Assembly (NCBI GenBank): GCA_900696525.1
Contig: CAADGL010000004.1
Coordinates: 32,471 to 96,470, forward strand
Reading direction: 5' to 3'
DNA from: an uncultured Planctomycetota bacterium
Lineage (GTDB): Bacteria > Planctomycetota > Phycisphaerae > UBA1845 > Fen-1342
Length of the DNA stretch: 64,000 bases
Positions 8,933-19,487 of this stretch are shown here, piece by piece. The notes beneath the pieces were generated by a model. It was not told where the DNA came from and did not search any database. It was given only the letters and a program-made list of their open reading frames with translations. A program made the position numbers and the translations under genes. Position 1 is the stretch's first letter. Every line of letters starts with the position of its first letter.

Positions 8933-11539
8933 ATGAGCGACGCCCCCACCGTTCGCGACGTTCCCACCCCGATCGCCCAGGAGATGCAGGAATCGTATCT
9001 GACCTACGCCATGAGCGTGATCATGGCCCGGGCCCTGCCCGATGTGCGCGACGGGCTGAAGCCCAGCCAGCGGCGCATCCTGGTGGCGATGAACGACCTG
9101 GGGCTGCGCCCGACGGTCAAGCACCGCAAGTGCGCGCTGATCTGCGGCGAAACGATGGGCAAGTATCACCCGCACGGCGAGGGCGTCATCTATCCGACGC
9201 TGGTGCGCATGGGCCAGGAGTGGGCGATGCGGCACACGCTCGTCCACCCGCAGGGCAATTTCGGCAGCATCGACGCCGATCCGCCCGCGGCGATGCGCTA
9301 CACCGAGGCGCGGCTGGCGCGGCCGGCGGAAGAGATGCTGGCGGACCTCGACCTGGAGACGGTGGACTTCGAGGACAACTACGACGCGACGCGCCAAGAG
9401 CCCGTCGTTCTGCCGGGCAAGTTCCCCAACCTGCTGGTCAACGGCAGCGAGGGCATCGCCGTCGGCATGGCGACGCGGCTGCTGCCGCACAACCTGGGCG
9501 AGATCTGCGACGCGATCGTGGCGGTGATCGAGAACCCGGAGATCACGGTCGACGAGTTGATGAAGATCGTGCCGGGCCCGGATTTTCCGACCGGCGCGGT
9601 GATCTGCGGCACGCAGGGGCTGCGCGACGTGTACGCGACGGGCCGCGGCTCGATCACCGTCCGCGGCGTCGTGCGCACGGAGGAGACCCGCGGCGGGCGG
9701 CTGCAAATCATCATTGACGAGATTCCGTACGGCGTGCTGCTGCCGACGATCCGCGAGCGCATCACCGAGGCGATCGAGAACGGCACGATCAAGGGCGTGG
9801 AGGACGTGCGCGACGAATCGGGCCGCGACGCGATGGTGCGGCTGGTGCTGGTGCTCAAGCGGGACGCGAACCCCGACGTCATCATCAACCAGCTCTGGCA
9901 CCACACGCCGCTGCAAAGCAACATCCACGCCATCAACATCGTGCTGGTGAACCGGGCCCCGGTCACGCTGTCGCTCAAGCAGCTCATCGAGCACTACGTC
10001 AGGCACCGCGTGGACGTCATCCGCCGCCGGACGGCCTTCCTGCTGCGCAAGGCGCGGCAGCGGGCGCACGTGCTGGAGGGGCTGATCCTGGCGGTGGCGG
10101 ACATCGACGAGATCATCCGCATCATCCGGCACTCGCCGGACGTCGACGCGGCCCGCGAGCGGCTGATGGCCAAGGGGCTGCGGCTGAGCGAGGCGGCGAC
10201 GCTGCGCCGGCTGCTGCCTGAGAAGTTCGTGGCGCGGGTCGGCGCCGGCGACCAGCACCTGACGCGCCCGCAGGCCGACGCGATCCTGGCGATGCAGTTG
10301 CGGCGGCTGACGGGGCTGGAGATCGAGGAGCTGGCCGGAGAGTATCGCAAGCTGGTGGAGGAGATCAGCGGCTACGAGCTGGTCCTGTCGGACGAGCGGC
10401 GCGTGCTCGACATCATCGTCGAGGACCTGCGCGAGATGAAGGAGAAGTACGCCGAGCCGCGGCGGACGAAATTCGGCCCGCCGGTGGGCGAGGTGCGGCT
10501 GGACGAGCTGATCGCGCGCGAGGACGTGATCGTCACGATCTCGCACGAGGGGTACGTGAAGCGCGTGCCGAAGGACACGTATCGCAGCCAGGGGCGCGGT
10601 GGACGCGGGGTGCGCGGGACGGACGCGAAGGACGGGGACTTCATCGAGCACCTGCGCGTGTGCTCGACGCACGATTACCTGCTGCTGTTCACGAACCGCG
10701 GGCGGGTGTACTGGCTGCGGACGTACGACATCCCCAGCGCCCAGCGCACGAGCCGGGGGCGTTCGCTGGTGAACCTGCTGACGATGCAGCCGAGCGAGCG
10801 GCACATGGCGGTGCTGCCGGTGAGCACGTTCGAGGAGCAGTTCGTCTTCTTCGCGACCGAGAAGGGCGTGGTGAAAAAGACGCCGCTGAACGCCTTCGCC
10901 AACCCGCGGCAGGCGGGGATCCAGGCGATCACGCTCGATCCTGACGACGCGCTGGTGGGCGCGGCGCTGACCAGCGGGGAGGACCAGATCGTGCTGGGGA
11001 CGCGTCAGGGGATGGCGTGCCGCTTCAAGGAAGGCGACGTTCGGGCGATGGGGCGCGCCGCCCACGGGGTGCGCGGGATCGCGCTGCGCGACGACGACCG
11101 CGTGGTGGACATGGCGGTGATCCGACCGGGCATGAGCCTGCTGACGGTGTGCGAGCGCGGCCTCGGCAAGCGCACCGATATTGACGAGTACCGCTTGACG
11201 AAGCGCGGCGGCAAGGGTGTCATTAACGTCCGCGTCACCGAGAAGAACGGCCTGGTGGTGGCGTTGCGCGCCGTGACCGACGACGACTCGCTCATGCTCA
11301 TCACGGGCAAGGGCATTCTGCTGCGGATGGACCTGGCCGAGCTGCGCGAGATCGGCCGCGCCACCCAGGGCGTCAAGCTCATCCGCGTCGAGGACGACGA
11401 TCGCGTCGTCGCTGTCGCCAAGGTCGTCAACGAGCGCCAGGAGGCGGAACAGGTCGGCGGCCCACTGCCCGAGCCCGGTCCCGACGCCGCCGGGAATGGC
11501 GATGGATCGCCAGAACGCGACCATCCGCGCCAGGAATGA
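8933..11539 (+). CDS. gyrA: DNA gyrase subunit A
   Basis: Canonical GyrA N-terminus ([35 protein letters not shown]) and C-terminal beta-pinwheel repeats. Confidence 0.97.
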   Translation: MSDAPTVRDVPTPIAQEMQESYLTYAMSVIMARALPDVRDGLKPSQRRILVAMNDLGLRPTVKHRKCALICGETMGKYHPHGEGVIYPTLVRMGQEWAMRHTLVHPQGNFGSIDADPPAAMRYTEARLARPAEEMLADLDLETVDFEDNYDATRQEPVVLPGKFPNLLVNGSEGIAVGMATRLLPHNLGEICDAIVAVIENPEITVDELMKIVPGPDFPTGAVICGTQGLRDVYATGRGSITVRGVVRTEETRGGRLQIIIDEIPYGVLLPTIRERITEAIENGTIKGVEDVRDESGRDAMVRLVLVLKRDANPDVIINQLWHHTPLQSNIHAINIVLVNRAPVTLSLKQLIEHYVRHRVDVIRRRTAFLLRKARQRAHVLEGLILAVADIDEIIRIIRHSPDVDAARERLMAKGLRLSEAATLRRLLPEKFVARVGAGDQHLTRPQADAILAMQLRRLTGLEIEELAGEYRKLVEEISGYELVLSDERRVLDIIVEDLREMKEKYAEPRRTKFGPPVGEVRLDELIAREDVIVTISHEGYVKRVPKDTYRSQGRGGRGVRGTDAKDGDFIEHLRVCSTHDYLLLFTNRGRVYWLRTYDIPSAQRTSRGRSLVNLLTMQPSERHMAVLPVSTFEEQFVFFATEKGVVKKTPLNAFANPRQAGIQAITLDPDDALVGAALTSGEDQIVLGTRQGMACRFKEGDVRAMGRAAHGVRGIALRDDDRVVDMAVIRPGMSLLTVCERGLGKRTDIDEYRLTKRGGKGVINVRVTEKNGLVVALRAVTDDDSLMLITGKGILLRMDLAELREIGRATQGVKLIRVEDDDRVVAVAKVVNERQEAEQVGGPLPEPGPDAAGNGDGSPERDHPRQE

Positions 11540-11625
11540 TTGCGGCGCCGGGGCCCGGCGGCAGCGGTGCGCGGCTGGCGCGTGAACGTGCGGTTTGGCT
11601 GAGACTGAGAAAGGGGTGGAGACAC

Positions 11626-11979
11626 ATGGCGCATATTGTGACCGGCCGATGCGTGGACTGCCGCTACACGGACTGCTGCACCGTCTGCCCGGTGGACTGC
11701 TTCTACGAGATCGAGAACCCGCGCATGCTGGTGATCGACCCGGATACCTGCATCGACTGCCAGCTCTGCGTGCCCGAGTGCCCGATCAATGCGATCTACG
11801 AAGAAGCCGAGCTCCCCGAGCCGTACAAGGAGTGGATTGCCAAGAACCGCGAGCTGTTCCCCACGGGCACGGTGATCACCACCAAGAAGGATCCTCTGCC
11901 CGGCGCCAAGACCCTCGAGCAGTGGCAGGCGTGGGAGAAGGCCCAGGGCTGGGACATCTCGGAGCCGCGGAACGCCTGA
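11626..11979 (+). CDS. fdxA: 7Fe (3Fe-4S/4Fe-4S) ferredoxin, FdxA type
   Basis: [20 protein letters not shown] and [12 protein letters not shown] resemble Azotobacter-type FdI. RBS AAGGGGTGGA lies before the ATG at 11626. Confidence 0.9.
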   Translation: MAHIVTGRCVDCRYTDCCTVCPVDCFYEIENPRMLVIDPDTCIDCQLCVPECPINAIYEEAELPEPYKEWIAKNRELFPTGTVITTKKDPLPGAKTLEQWQAWEKAQGWDISEPRNA

Positions 11980-12102
11980 GGCGCCGTGGCCGGCAAGCGC
12001 CCGCCGGCGGCAACGGATCGATGAAGCGATGCGACCGACCGCGGCGGACGCGGCCGGTCAGGGCGCGTCCCGGTCGGGGTCGCGACAACCAGGGAGATCG
12101 TC

Positions 12103-12456
12103 ATGGCGTATGTCGTCGTGGGGCGCTGCGTGGACTGCCGGTACACCGACTGTGCGGCGGTGTGTCCGGTGGACTGTTTCTATGAGATCCAGAGCCCGCG
12201 CATGCTGGTGATCGACCCCGACACGTGCATCAGTTGCCACCTGTGCGCCCCGGCGTGTCCGGTGCACGCGTGCTACGAAGAGGACGAGGTGCCGGAGCCG
12301 TACAAGGAGTGGATCGAGAAGAACCGCGAGCTGTTCCCCACCGGGACGCTCAGCAAGGGCAAGGAAGACCCGCTGCCGGGGGCCAAGACCCTGGAGCAAT
12401 GGCAGGAGTGGGAGAAGGCCCAGGGATGGAACGTCTCGGAGCCGCGCAGCGCCTGA
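12103..12456 (+). CDS. 7Fe ferredoxin paralog (tandem duplicate)
   Basis: 117 aa, collinear with and highly similar to the 11626-11979 product, including the C-terminal tail [18 protein letters not shown]...[20 protein letters not shown]. Confidence 0.9.
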   Translation: MAYVVVGRCVDCRYTDCAAVCPVDCFYEIQSPRMLVIDPDTCISCHLCAPACPVHACYEEDEVPEPYKEWIEKNRELFPTGTLSKGKEDPLPGAKTLEQWQEWEKAQGWNVSEPRSA

Positions 12457-12553
12457 TGGCATCGCGGCGGCTCTCGCCAGACCCGCACGAACTGAAGCCG
12501 CGCGACGCGCGCGATGATCCGGACCGCGACCGGTCGGACTCTCGCGCGGCCCT

Positions 12554-14410
12554 CTAACGCTCCGCGCCGCCGGCCGGCTCGACGTCCTGCATGATGAAAG
12601 CGAACAGATCGCCCGGCTCGCCGTTGAACAGCTCACCATAGGCCACTGGCATCAGCATCGACCAGTAGTACGGCGTGCAAAGCAGCGGCGCGGTGCCGTC
12701 GAACAGCACGCCCACGCCGTCGTCCGCGGCGCTGATGAACGTCGGCTCGCGCACCGCCGCCACGAGCGCCCGGCCGCGCGGCAATGCGAATGGATCGAAG
12801 CCGCGGGCCTTCTGCGGCGCGGGTCTCGGCGAGTGCCCGACCGGCGTCGGGAAGTACAGGTATTGCAGCGACTGGAGCATCGTGATGAGCTGGTTGGCCT
12901 GCGGCAGCCAGGCGTCCATGATGCCGCGGGCGAACCCGCCCGGCGGGAAGTACATAAGGAAGCACGCATCGCCGAGGATCAGCGGCTCAATCGAGCGGAA
13001 CTCCGGCGTATCAACGATCGACGGCCCCGGGCTGCGCCACTGCTCGATGGCGTCCTTCAGGGCCCCGGCGTCGGTCGTGACCAGCAGGTCGCTGCCGACC
13101 GCCGCCATGTGCAGCGTGGCGTAGAACACGTTCACCTGGCGCACGTCGACGCCGCGCCAGGTCGTTTTCCTTACGGGGATCGAGCCGGCGGCCATTGCGA
13201 GCAGCGCATCGAGGGCCTCTTCGAACGCCGCGGGGTCGCGCAGCTCCAACGCGACGACGGCGTTGTGCGTCGGCAGGCTGTTCGAGCCCGGGAACGCGCC
13301 GTAGCGCTGCGGCACGCGATAGACCAGGTAGCGCGGGCCAAGCGTGCGCACCAGCGGGTCGAGCAGCGCCAGTCCGCCCATCGCCTGCTCGAGCATCTCA
13401 TCGGCCTGGGCGTCCAGGCTCGCCGACTCGAAGAGCACCGCCTGGAGTCCGACGAACGAACCGACGAAGCTCGTGGCGTCCCATGCGCCGGTCGTCAGGC
13501 CGCTGGCATCGGCGGGGACGCGCCGGAGCCATTCGCGGTTCAGGCGTGCCTCGCGCGTGTGGCGAAACAGCCCGTAGCGCTCCGGTCCGATGCGCCAGTA
13601 GTGCCGGTTGCGCAGCAGGCGGCCTTCGACGAACGTGGCGCCGCTCAGGCTGTCGAGGCTTCGCCAGGAGAGCCGCTTCCAGGCTTCGGCGGCGCTGGTC
13701 GCATCGCGGCGGCGCCAGGCCGGCCGCAGGTCGTGGTAGTACAGCGCCAGCGGCGTGTCCTTGCGGCCCGCCAGCAGCGGCTCCACCGCCATGCGGAACG
13801 CGGGCGCGTCGGCCAGCGGCCGCTCGGCGCGCGGGCGATTGAGCCACTCGCGCGCCTCGCCCACGAGCCAGTAAACCCGGTCGTCGCGCCAGGCGCTGCG
13901 CAAGGTCGGCGGCGCGCTGCGCAAGTTCGCGATGGCCACGCCGTCCTCCTCGGCTGCCGAGAAGTCGCCAGGCCAGACCTTGAGCGCCGCGTGGTAGCTC
14001 GCCCGGAATGACGGCCGCTTCTCGGCCGCGGGGCGGAGGATCAGCAGCCGCACCGGCACGGCGTTGTCGGCCGTCACCTCCCAGCGGCCGCCGACCACCG
14101 TTTCATGCGTGAGCGACTCATGCACGAATCGAAAGAGCGCGTCGCGCGCCTCGCCGCGGCGGCCCAGGCGCTCGAGCTCGGAAAAGAAGGCGTCGGCGTC
14201 GGGCGTGCGGAGGGCTTCGAGCGCGCGCGTGCCGTCGAGGCGGGCGACCAGCTCATCGACACCGGCGTGATAGAGGTACAGCGTGGCGCCCTCGTCGAAG
14301 CGCTGCGCCTCGGGCAACCGGGCGATCAACTCGGACGTCTGGCCCCACGCAACCACCGGCGACAGCAGGATGAGCAAACCGGCACCAGGACTGATAAAGA
14401 GGTGGCTCAT
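12554..14410 (-). CDS. Hypothetical secreted protein
   Basis: Start chosen at the ATG at 14410, giving the signal peptide MSHLFISPGAGLLILLSPVVAWG. Coding-like composition throughout. No family recognised. Confidence 0.6.
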   Translation of the reverse strand: MSHLFISPGAGLLILLSPVVAWGQTSELIARLPEAQRFDEGATLYLYHAGVDELVARLDGTRALEALRTPDADAFFSELERLGRRGEARDALFRFVHESLTHETVVGGRWEVTADNAVPVRLLILRPAAEKRPSFRASYHAALKVWPGDFSAAEEDGVAIANLRSAPPTLRSAWRDDRVYWLVGEAREWLNRPRAERPLADAPAFRMAVEPLLAGRKDTPLALYYHDLRPAWRRRDATSAAEAWKRLSWRSLDSLSGATFVEGRLLRNRHYWRIGPERYGLFRHTREARLNREWLRRVPADASGLTTGAWDATSFVGSFVGLQAVLFESASLDAQADEMLEQAMGGLALLDPLVRTLGPRYLVYRVPQRYGAFPGSNSLPTHNAVVALELRDPAAFEEALDALLAMAAGSIPVRKTTWRGVDVRQVNVFYATLHMAAVGSDLLVTTDAGALKDAIEQWRSPGPSIVDTPEFRSIEPLILGDACFLMYFPPGGFARGIMDAWLPQANQLITMLQSLQYLYFPTPVGHSPRPAPQKARGFDPFALPRGRALVAAVREPTFISAADDGVGVLFDGTAPLLCTPYYWSMLMPVAYGELFNGEPGDLFAFIMQDVEPAGGAER

Positions 14411-14525
14411 GGCGCGCTTGTCTACCTGAAGCTGCGGAGGCGTGCAACCGCGAATGCGTTGACCCGGCGTTCTCGGTCCTCCTAAACTCGGTTGGTGGCG
14501 AGTGCCTTCCACCCCGGAGCACAAG

Positions 14526-15491
14526 ATGCGCGCACGGCTTCTCGCGGGCGCGGCGCTGGCGTTGTCCTGCACCGCCCTATCGCTCGGCCAGTCCGGACTC
14601 CCCGTGCGCGAAGTGCGGCCCGGGCAGGTGCACGTGCGAGCGCTCCGCGGGGAAGCGGCGCCGCGGCCGGCCGGCCCGGTCGGCACCCGCGTCTACGACA
14701 CGCTCGGCGGTCAGTATCACGTGGTGTCCACGGCGCCCTGTACGCCGCGGCCGAACCGCTGCATCGACGACGGGCGTTTCACGCCTGGGCCGGGCCAGGG
14801 GGGCGGGCCGCTCTCGCACGTGCGGGTCGCCGTTGCGATTCTGAATGATCCGAATCAGCCGGCGCAGGTGGATGTCGACGTCGAGCTGACGTTCTACGAC
14901 CAGGTGGGCGTCGGCGACCCGAACGCCCCGGCCGGCCAGTTCCCGCTCGGCGGAGTCGTGCTGGCGCTCAGCGGGCTGGAGCAGGGCGCGACCTGGGTCA
15001 TGCCGGCTCCGGTGGACGTATCCTTCCTGGAGATCGCGTTTCCCGACGACGACTGGGGCGTGCAGGTTCGCCTGCTGCGCCCGGGGCTACAGGCGCCCGC
15101 GACCTATGCCACGCTCGCCTTCTCGCAGACGCCGCCCTCGCGCGGCAGCAGTCTCGACCAGCTCTTCCTCGACACCGACTGCGACAACGTGATCGAGAAC
15201 TTCGAAATCTGGAGCTTCGGCGGCCCGCCGCTGCTGGCGAACGTCGCGCTGGCGCTGTACTTCCCGGGCGGAACGGACTGCATCGGCGACATCGACGGCG
15301 ACGGGGGGACGTGCCAGGGCGACCTGGGGATTCTGCTGAGCGCCTACGGCAAATGCGAGGGCGAGCCCGGCTACGTTCCCGCGGCCAACATCTCACCGGG
15401 ACCCGTGGCGGCCTGCGGCGGGCTGGAGGGCATCGACCAGTCCGACCTCGGCGTGCTGCTGGCCGACTACAACTGCGGCACGTGCCCGTAG
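14526..15491 (+). CDS. Secreted protein with C-terminal dockerin-like module
   Basis: ATG at 14526 gives the signal peptide MRARLLAGAALALSCTALSLG. The C-terminus reads DIDGDGGTCQGDLGILLSAY ... IDQSDLGVLLADYNCGTCP, resembling the tail of the 3-1223 protein. Confidence 0.65.
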   Translation: MRARLLAGAALALSCTALSLGQSGLPVREVRPGQVHVRALRGEAAPRPAGPVGTRVYDTLGGQYHVVSTAPCTPRPNRCIDDGRFTPGPGQGGGPLSHVRVAVAILNDPNQPAQVDVDVELTFYDQVGVGDPNAPAGQFPLGGVVLALSGLEQGATWVMPAPVDVSFLEIAFPDDDWGVQVRLLRPGLQAPATYATLAFSQTPPSRGSSLDQLFLDTDCDNVIENFEIWSFGGPPLLANVALALYFPGGTDCIGDIDGDGGTCQGDLGILLSAYGKCEGEPGYVPAANISPGPVAACGGLEGIDQSDLGVLLADYNCGTCP

Positions 15492-15553
15492 TGCGGTGCC
15501 TCTGAGAATACCGCGACGGATCTGCGTGAGTGTGGGACAGGCGATCAGCCTGT

Positions 15554-15635
15554 CAGGATGCAGTGCGATCGACCTGAGACCGCAGGCCTTCCGTGGCAAC
15601 CGCTTCCTTACCGGCGCGGCTCGGATCGGGTTCTG
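15554..15635. repeat. Dispersed intergenic repeat element, copy B
   Basis: About 80 percent identical to 6374-6452. Followed by the hairpin GCCGGGCTG-GAGA-CAGCCCGGC at 15661-15682. Confidence 0.8.
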
Positions 15636-15736
15636 GGTAGCTTTGTGGTTCCGACTTGAGGCCGGGCTGGAGACAGCCCGGCGCTGACGTCGCGCTTGCT
15701 TCGTCAGCGGCGCCGGGACTCATGGCGCCGGGATCC

Positions 15737-16720
15737 TCAGCTCCGGTAGCCGCGCGGGTGGCTCTGGTGCCAGCGCCAGGCGCTGGCGATCACGCCGCGC
15801 AGATCGTCGTGCTGGTGGCGCCAGTTGAAGCGCTGGCGGACGCGGGTGGGGTCGGCGTAAAGGCTGGGCGGGTCGCCGGGGCGGCGCGGGCCGATGACGA
15901 CGGGGATGGAATGGCCGGTGACGTCGCGCGCCGCCTGGATGACTTCGAGCACGCTGTATCCGCGGCCGGTGCCGACGTTCAGCGCGTCGGCGGTTCCGGG
16001 CTCGATCGACGTGACGGCGCGCAGGTGTACCTCCGCCAGATCGTCTACGTGAATGTAATCGCGCACGCAGGAGCCGTCGGGCGTGGGGTAGTCGTTTCCG
16101 AAGACCTGCACGTGCGGCCGCTGACCCAGCGCCACCTGCAACACGATCGGGATCAGGTGCGTCTCCGGTGTGTGATCCTCGCCGATGCTCGCGTCCTCCG
16201 CCGCCCCGCAGGCGTTGAAGTACCGCAGGGCCATCGAGCCGAGCCCCCAGCTCGCCGCGGAATCGCGCAGCATCCACTCGACCACCAGCTTCGTCGCGCC
16301 GTACGGGTTGATCGGCGCCTTCGGCAGGTCCTCCGAGATTGGCAGCCGCTCCGGCACGCCGAAGACGGCGCACGTGCTGCTGAAGACCAGGCGGCGGACG
16401 CCGGCGGTGCGGATGGCGTCCAGCAGATTGGTGGTGTTGGTGACGTTGCCGCGATAGTACTTCAGCGGCTCGGCGACCGACTCGCCCACGTTGGTGTAGC
16501 CCGCGAAGTGCATGACCGCGTCGAAGCCGGGGGCCAGCGCCCGCGCCAGCGCGTCCGGGTCGCTCAGGTCGCCGACTACGAACTCGGCCGGCGGCGTCAC
16601 CGCCTGCTGGTGGCCGTACTCGAGGTTGTCGAAGACGGTGACGGCGTGCCCGTCGGCGACCAGCCGCCGAACGCAATGGCTGCCGACGTACCCCGCGCCG
16701 CCGGTAACGAGAATGCGCAT
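15737..16720 (-). CDS. galE: UDP-glucose 4-epimerase
   Basis: MRILVTGGAGYVGSH Rossmann motif, YxxxK region (PINPYGATK) and full-length GalE similarity. Confidence 0.93.
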   Translation of the reverse strand: MRILVTGGAGYVGSHCVRRLVADGHAVTVFDNLEYGHQQAVTPPAEFVVGDLSDPDALARALAPGFDAVMHFAGYTNVGESVAEPLKYYRGNVTNTTNLLDAIRTAGVRRLVFSSTCAVFGVPERLPISEDLPKAPINPYGATKLVVEWMLRDSAASWGLGSMALRYFNACGAAEDASIGEDHTPETHLIPIVLQVALGQRPHVQVFGNDYPTPDGSCVRDYIHVDDLAEVHLRAVTSIEPGTADALNVGTGRGYSVLEVIQAARDVTGHSIPVVIGPRRPGDPPSLYADPTRVRQRFNWRHQHDDLRGVIASAWRWHQSHPRGYRS

Positions 16721-16932
16721 GTGCTGTCCCTGTCGGGCCGCGCCAGCCGACGGCCGCGACCGGTATGATTCGACGATCCGGGGCCGGCGTCAAACGCCTC
16801 GGCCGTTGGGCGCCGGCGTCGGCCGGGGCCAAGCCCGGTCCGGACGTTGAAATATCCGGCGGGCGGGGGCGAAATCGGGAAGGGACGAACCCGACCACGG
16901 AGCCCGCAGGACCAACCGCCGGGAGACCAGCG

Positions 16933-17424
16933 ATGTCGCTGTTCGAGTGGTTCAGCCAACTAGGGAACGGGACGCAGGCGATCCTCATCGTTTTCGCCGC
17001 GGGCGCGGTCATCGCCATCGGCTGCGCGGCGGTGGAGGCCTGGAAGCGGATTCGGCGGGCGGAGCTGCGCTCGGCGTTGACGAATCGCATGCTCGACGAG
17101 GGCATGAGCGCCGACGAGATCGCCCGCGTGCTGACGGCGGCGCACTTGTCGGGAGCCGAGGCCGACGAGAAGGCCAGGCCGAACAAAGTGGTTGACCCGG
17201 AGGTGCGGCTGGTGAAGGTCCTGACCGACAACCACTACGAGCCGAAGGATGTCAGCCGCATTCTGGCCGCCGCCCGCGTTGGCGGCCGCGTGGATGATTC
17301 GACCTACGGGGTGGTGCGGTCGCTGGCGACGGCGTGGGCGAGCACCAAGAACATCGTGGAAGTGCTCGACGCCCGCCGCGACCAGCATCGCACCGCGAGC
17401 GACGAGCCGACGCTGTCGAACTGA
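16933..17424 (+). CDS. Hypothetical single-pass membrane protein
   Basis: ATG at 16933 preceded by GGGAGA. TM segment AILIVFAAGAVIAIGCAAV. Three short helical repeats (ADEIARVL, PKDVSRIL, TKNIVEVL). Confidence 0.5.
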   Translation: MSLFEWFSQLGNGTQAILIVFAAGAVIAIGCAAVEAWKRIRRAELRSALTNRMLDEGMSADEIARVLTAAHLSGAEADEKARPNKVVDPEVRLVKVLTDNHYEPKDVSRILAAARVGGRVDDSTYGVVRSLATAWASTKNIVEVLDARRDQHRTASDEPTLSN

Positions 17425-17466
17425 CGCGCCGGCGCACGTGAGATCTATCCGTCACAATCGCCCCGC

Positions 17467-17562
17467 GCGCGAACCGACCGGTGCGTGAATTGACCGGCGC
17501 GCGAACCGACCGGCGCACGAACCGACCGGCGCGCGAACCGACCGGCGAGCGAACCGACCGGC
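17467..17562. repeat. Tandem repeat, 16-nt unit x6 (GCGCGAACCGACCGGC)
   Basis: Six head-to-tail units counted directly, with 0-4 substitutions each. The unit length is not a multiple of 3, so it is non-coding. Confidence 0.9.
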
Positions 17563-17588
17563 GAGCGCCGATCGAGCGCCAAGCGGGC

Positions 17589-17833
17589 GTACGAGCCGCG
17601 AGCGCAAGCGAGTGGAGTGTTTTGAACGCCCGAAGAGCACAAGCACGAGAATGGCTCGCCTGCCCTAGGCGCACTCGTCGCTTCCACTCGCCTTGCGCTC
17701 GCTCACGCTCGCTTCGCGCTCGAAGGCTCGCTCACGCTCGCTTGGCGCTCGAAGGCTCGCTCGTCGCTCGTCCGGCGCTTACGCTTCTTTGGGCGTTCAA
17801 GATACTCCACTCGCTTGCGCTCGCGGCTCGTAC
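17589..17833. repeat. Long inverted repeat (43-nt arms, 159-nt spacer)
   Basis: 17589-17631 (GTACGAGCCGCGAGCGCAAGCGAGTGGAGTGTTTTGAACGCCC) is the reverse complement of 17791-17833, with about 3 mismatches. Confidence 0.85.
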
Positions 17834-17970
17834 ACTCGCGGCTCGTACGCTCGCTTGCGCTCGCGGCTCGTAAGCTCGCGGCTCGTACGCTCGCGGCTCG
17901 TCAGCTCGCTTGCGCTCGCTCGTACACCCTCGCTCGCGCTCGTCGCCCGCTCGTGTGCTCGCTTGCGCTC
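17697..17970. repeat. Block of GCTCGC-rich tandem repeats (29-nt unit x2.3, then 40-nt unit x2 plus degenerate copies)
   Basis: 17697-17725 and 17726-17754 differ at 1 nt. 17811-17850 and 17851-17890 differ at 2 nt. Degenerate CTCGCGGCTCGTA sub-units continue to about 17970. Confidence 0.85.
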
Positions 17971-18006
17971 GAGTCGACGCCCAGACCATCTCCACGCAGT
18001 TCGTGG

Positions 18007-19347
18007 TTATCGCGAGGCGACGAATCGCGATTCGGTCGGCACGGCCTGGGCCGGGTGGGCGCCGGCGCCACGCGGACCCGAAGAAGCGGTCATCTGCGTC
18101 ACCAGCGGCAGCAGCGCCGCAAGCCGGTGCGAGAACAAATGCTGCCGCAACGTGCGCCGCTGGCCGGCGGCAGCGATCTCGACGACGCGCTGCGGGTTCG
18201 ACAGGTAGTACCGGCACTTGGCCAGCAGCTCCTCCTCGTCACGGAACGCGTCGCACTCCTGCCCGATCTCGAAGCACTCCGCCAGCTCCGGCCGCCACTG
18301 GTGCAGCATGAACCCGCCCGCGGCCGTGATCTCGAACGTGCGCATGTTCACGCCGGTCTCGGCGTTTCCGGAGACGAGGTTGATGTTGATCATGGCGCGG
18401 CGGTGACTGTCGAGGAACTGGTCGTAGGAGTCGATGGGCGGTTCGGAGGAAAGGCCGTAGGCCTCGTTCCAGTTGCGTCCGACGAGGCGGAAGGCGTCGG
18501 GCAGTGCGCGTCTGAGGAAGAGGACGAAGCGGTCGCGCTGCGCGATCCAGAGGGCCGCGTTGTAGAATATCTTTGAAGCGTAGTAATGTTCTATCTTTGC
18601 GACGCGGTCGGCGACGGGCTCGGTGGCCCGCGGCCCCTCCGCGAAGCCGTACAGGCCGTGATAGACGTCGAAGAACACCGTGTCGGGCCTGGCGGTGCGC
18701 ACGGCCAGCGCCACCAGCCCCGGCAACTGTGAGCGCGCCTCGTGCTGGCGACCCGCGTAGAAGTACGTGCCCAACTGCGAGCCGGCGAACGAGATCGCGC
18801 TGGTGAATTGCCCGGGATCGATCGGCCGCGTGTCGTACGCCCGGTCCACCGCGCCGATCGGCATGTGCAGGACGTTCGGCACGCCGAAGCTCCGCAGCTC
18901 GTACGCGTGTGCCTTGTCAAAGACCAGCTTGATCCACGAGCGGCTCTGGAGCGCCTGCCAGCGCTCCATCGGCGGCAGCGCCTGGAGCGCCGTCGGCATC
19001 GGGTCGATGAAGTGCGACACCAGCGGCACGCCCAGCCGCTCGTGCAACAGCGCCACGCGCCGCGGCGCCGCCCCCGAGTCCGCCGGCGCCTCTACGCCGC
19101 CCGCGGCGCCCGCACCTCCGCCGGAACTGACGAATTGCAGCCCGCTGCCGGCGTCGTCGAGCAGAAAATCAACACGCTGGTCGCGCAGTCGCTCGACGCT
19201 GCGCTCCCCGGCGGCCAGGCGCGCGGCGGCGTCGGCGTGGTGCTTGTCGGCGGGCGGCTCCAGCGGCATCGGCAGGGGGACGGCCTCGTGACCCAGCGCC
19301 GCGCACGCCGGAGTCCACCATTGCTGACCGAAGACGCCGATGCGCAT
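18007..19347 (-). CDS. CgeB-like/DUF3880-type glycosyltransferase family protein
   Basis: The C-terminal region (FEITAAGGFMLHQWRPEL ... FRDEEELLAKCRYYLSNPQ ... IAAAGQRRTLRQH) is typical of CgeB-type glycosyltransferase domains. Confidence 0.6.
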   Translation of the reverse strand: MRIGVFGQQWWTPACAALGHEAVPLPMPLEPPADKHHADAAARLAAGERSVERLRDQRVDFLLDDAGSGLQFVSSGGGAGAAGGVEAPADSGAAPRRVALLHERLGVPLVSHFIDPMPTALQALPPMERWQALQSRSWIKLVFDKAHAYELRSFGVPNVLHMPIGAVDRAYDTRPIDPGQFTSAISFAGSQLGTYFYAGRQHEARSQLPGLVALAVRTARPDTVFFDVYHGLYGFAEGPRATEPVADRVAKIEHYYASKIFYNAALWIAQRDRFVLFLRRALPDAFRLVGRNWNEAYGLSSEPPIDSYDQFLDSHRRAMININLVSGNAETGVNMRTFEITAAGGFMLHQWRPELAECFEIGQECDAFRDEEELLAKCRYYLSNPQRVVEIAAAGQRRTLRQHLFSHRLAALLPLVTQMTASSGPRGAGAHPAQAVPTESRFVASR

Positions 19348-19487
19348 GCGGGTACTCCCTTGGCTTTATCGCCCTATCGGCGGCCCGTGCAGTTGGGCTG
19401 AAGGCTCTGAGCCCCCGTCGCGGCTCATGCGCGCGGCTCGTGGTATGATGGATCGCCGGGCTGCGCTGGCCCCGCCGGCAGGGTACG

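Noticed and set aside
8654-11524. Upstream 950 codons of the 1163-aa minus-strand ORF
   Set aside because: It is antisense to gyrA. Only the last 206 codons (DUF1579-like, with a signal peptide) look real.
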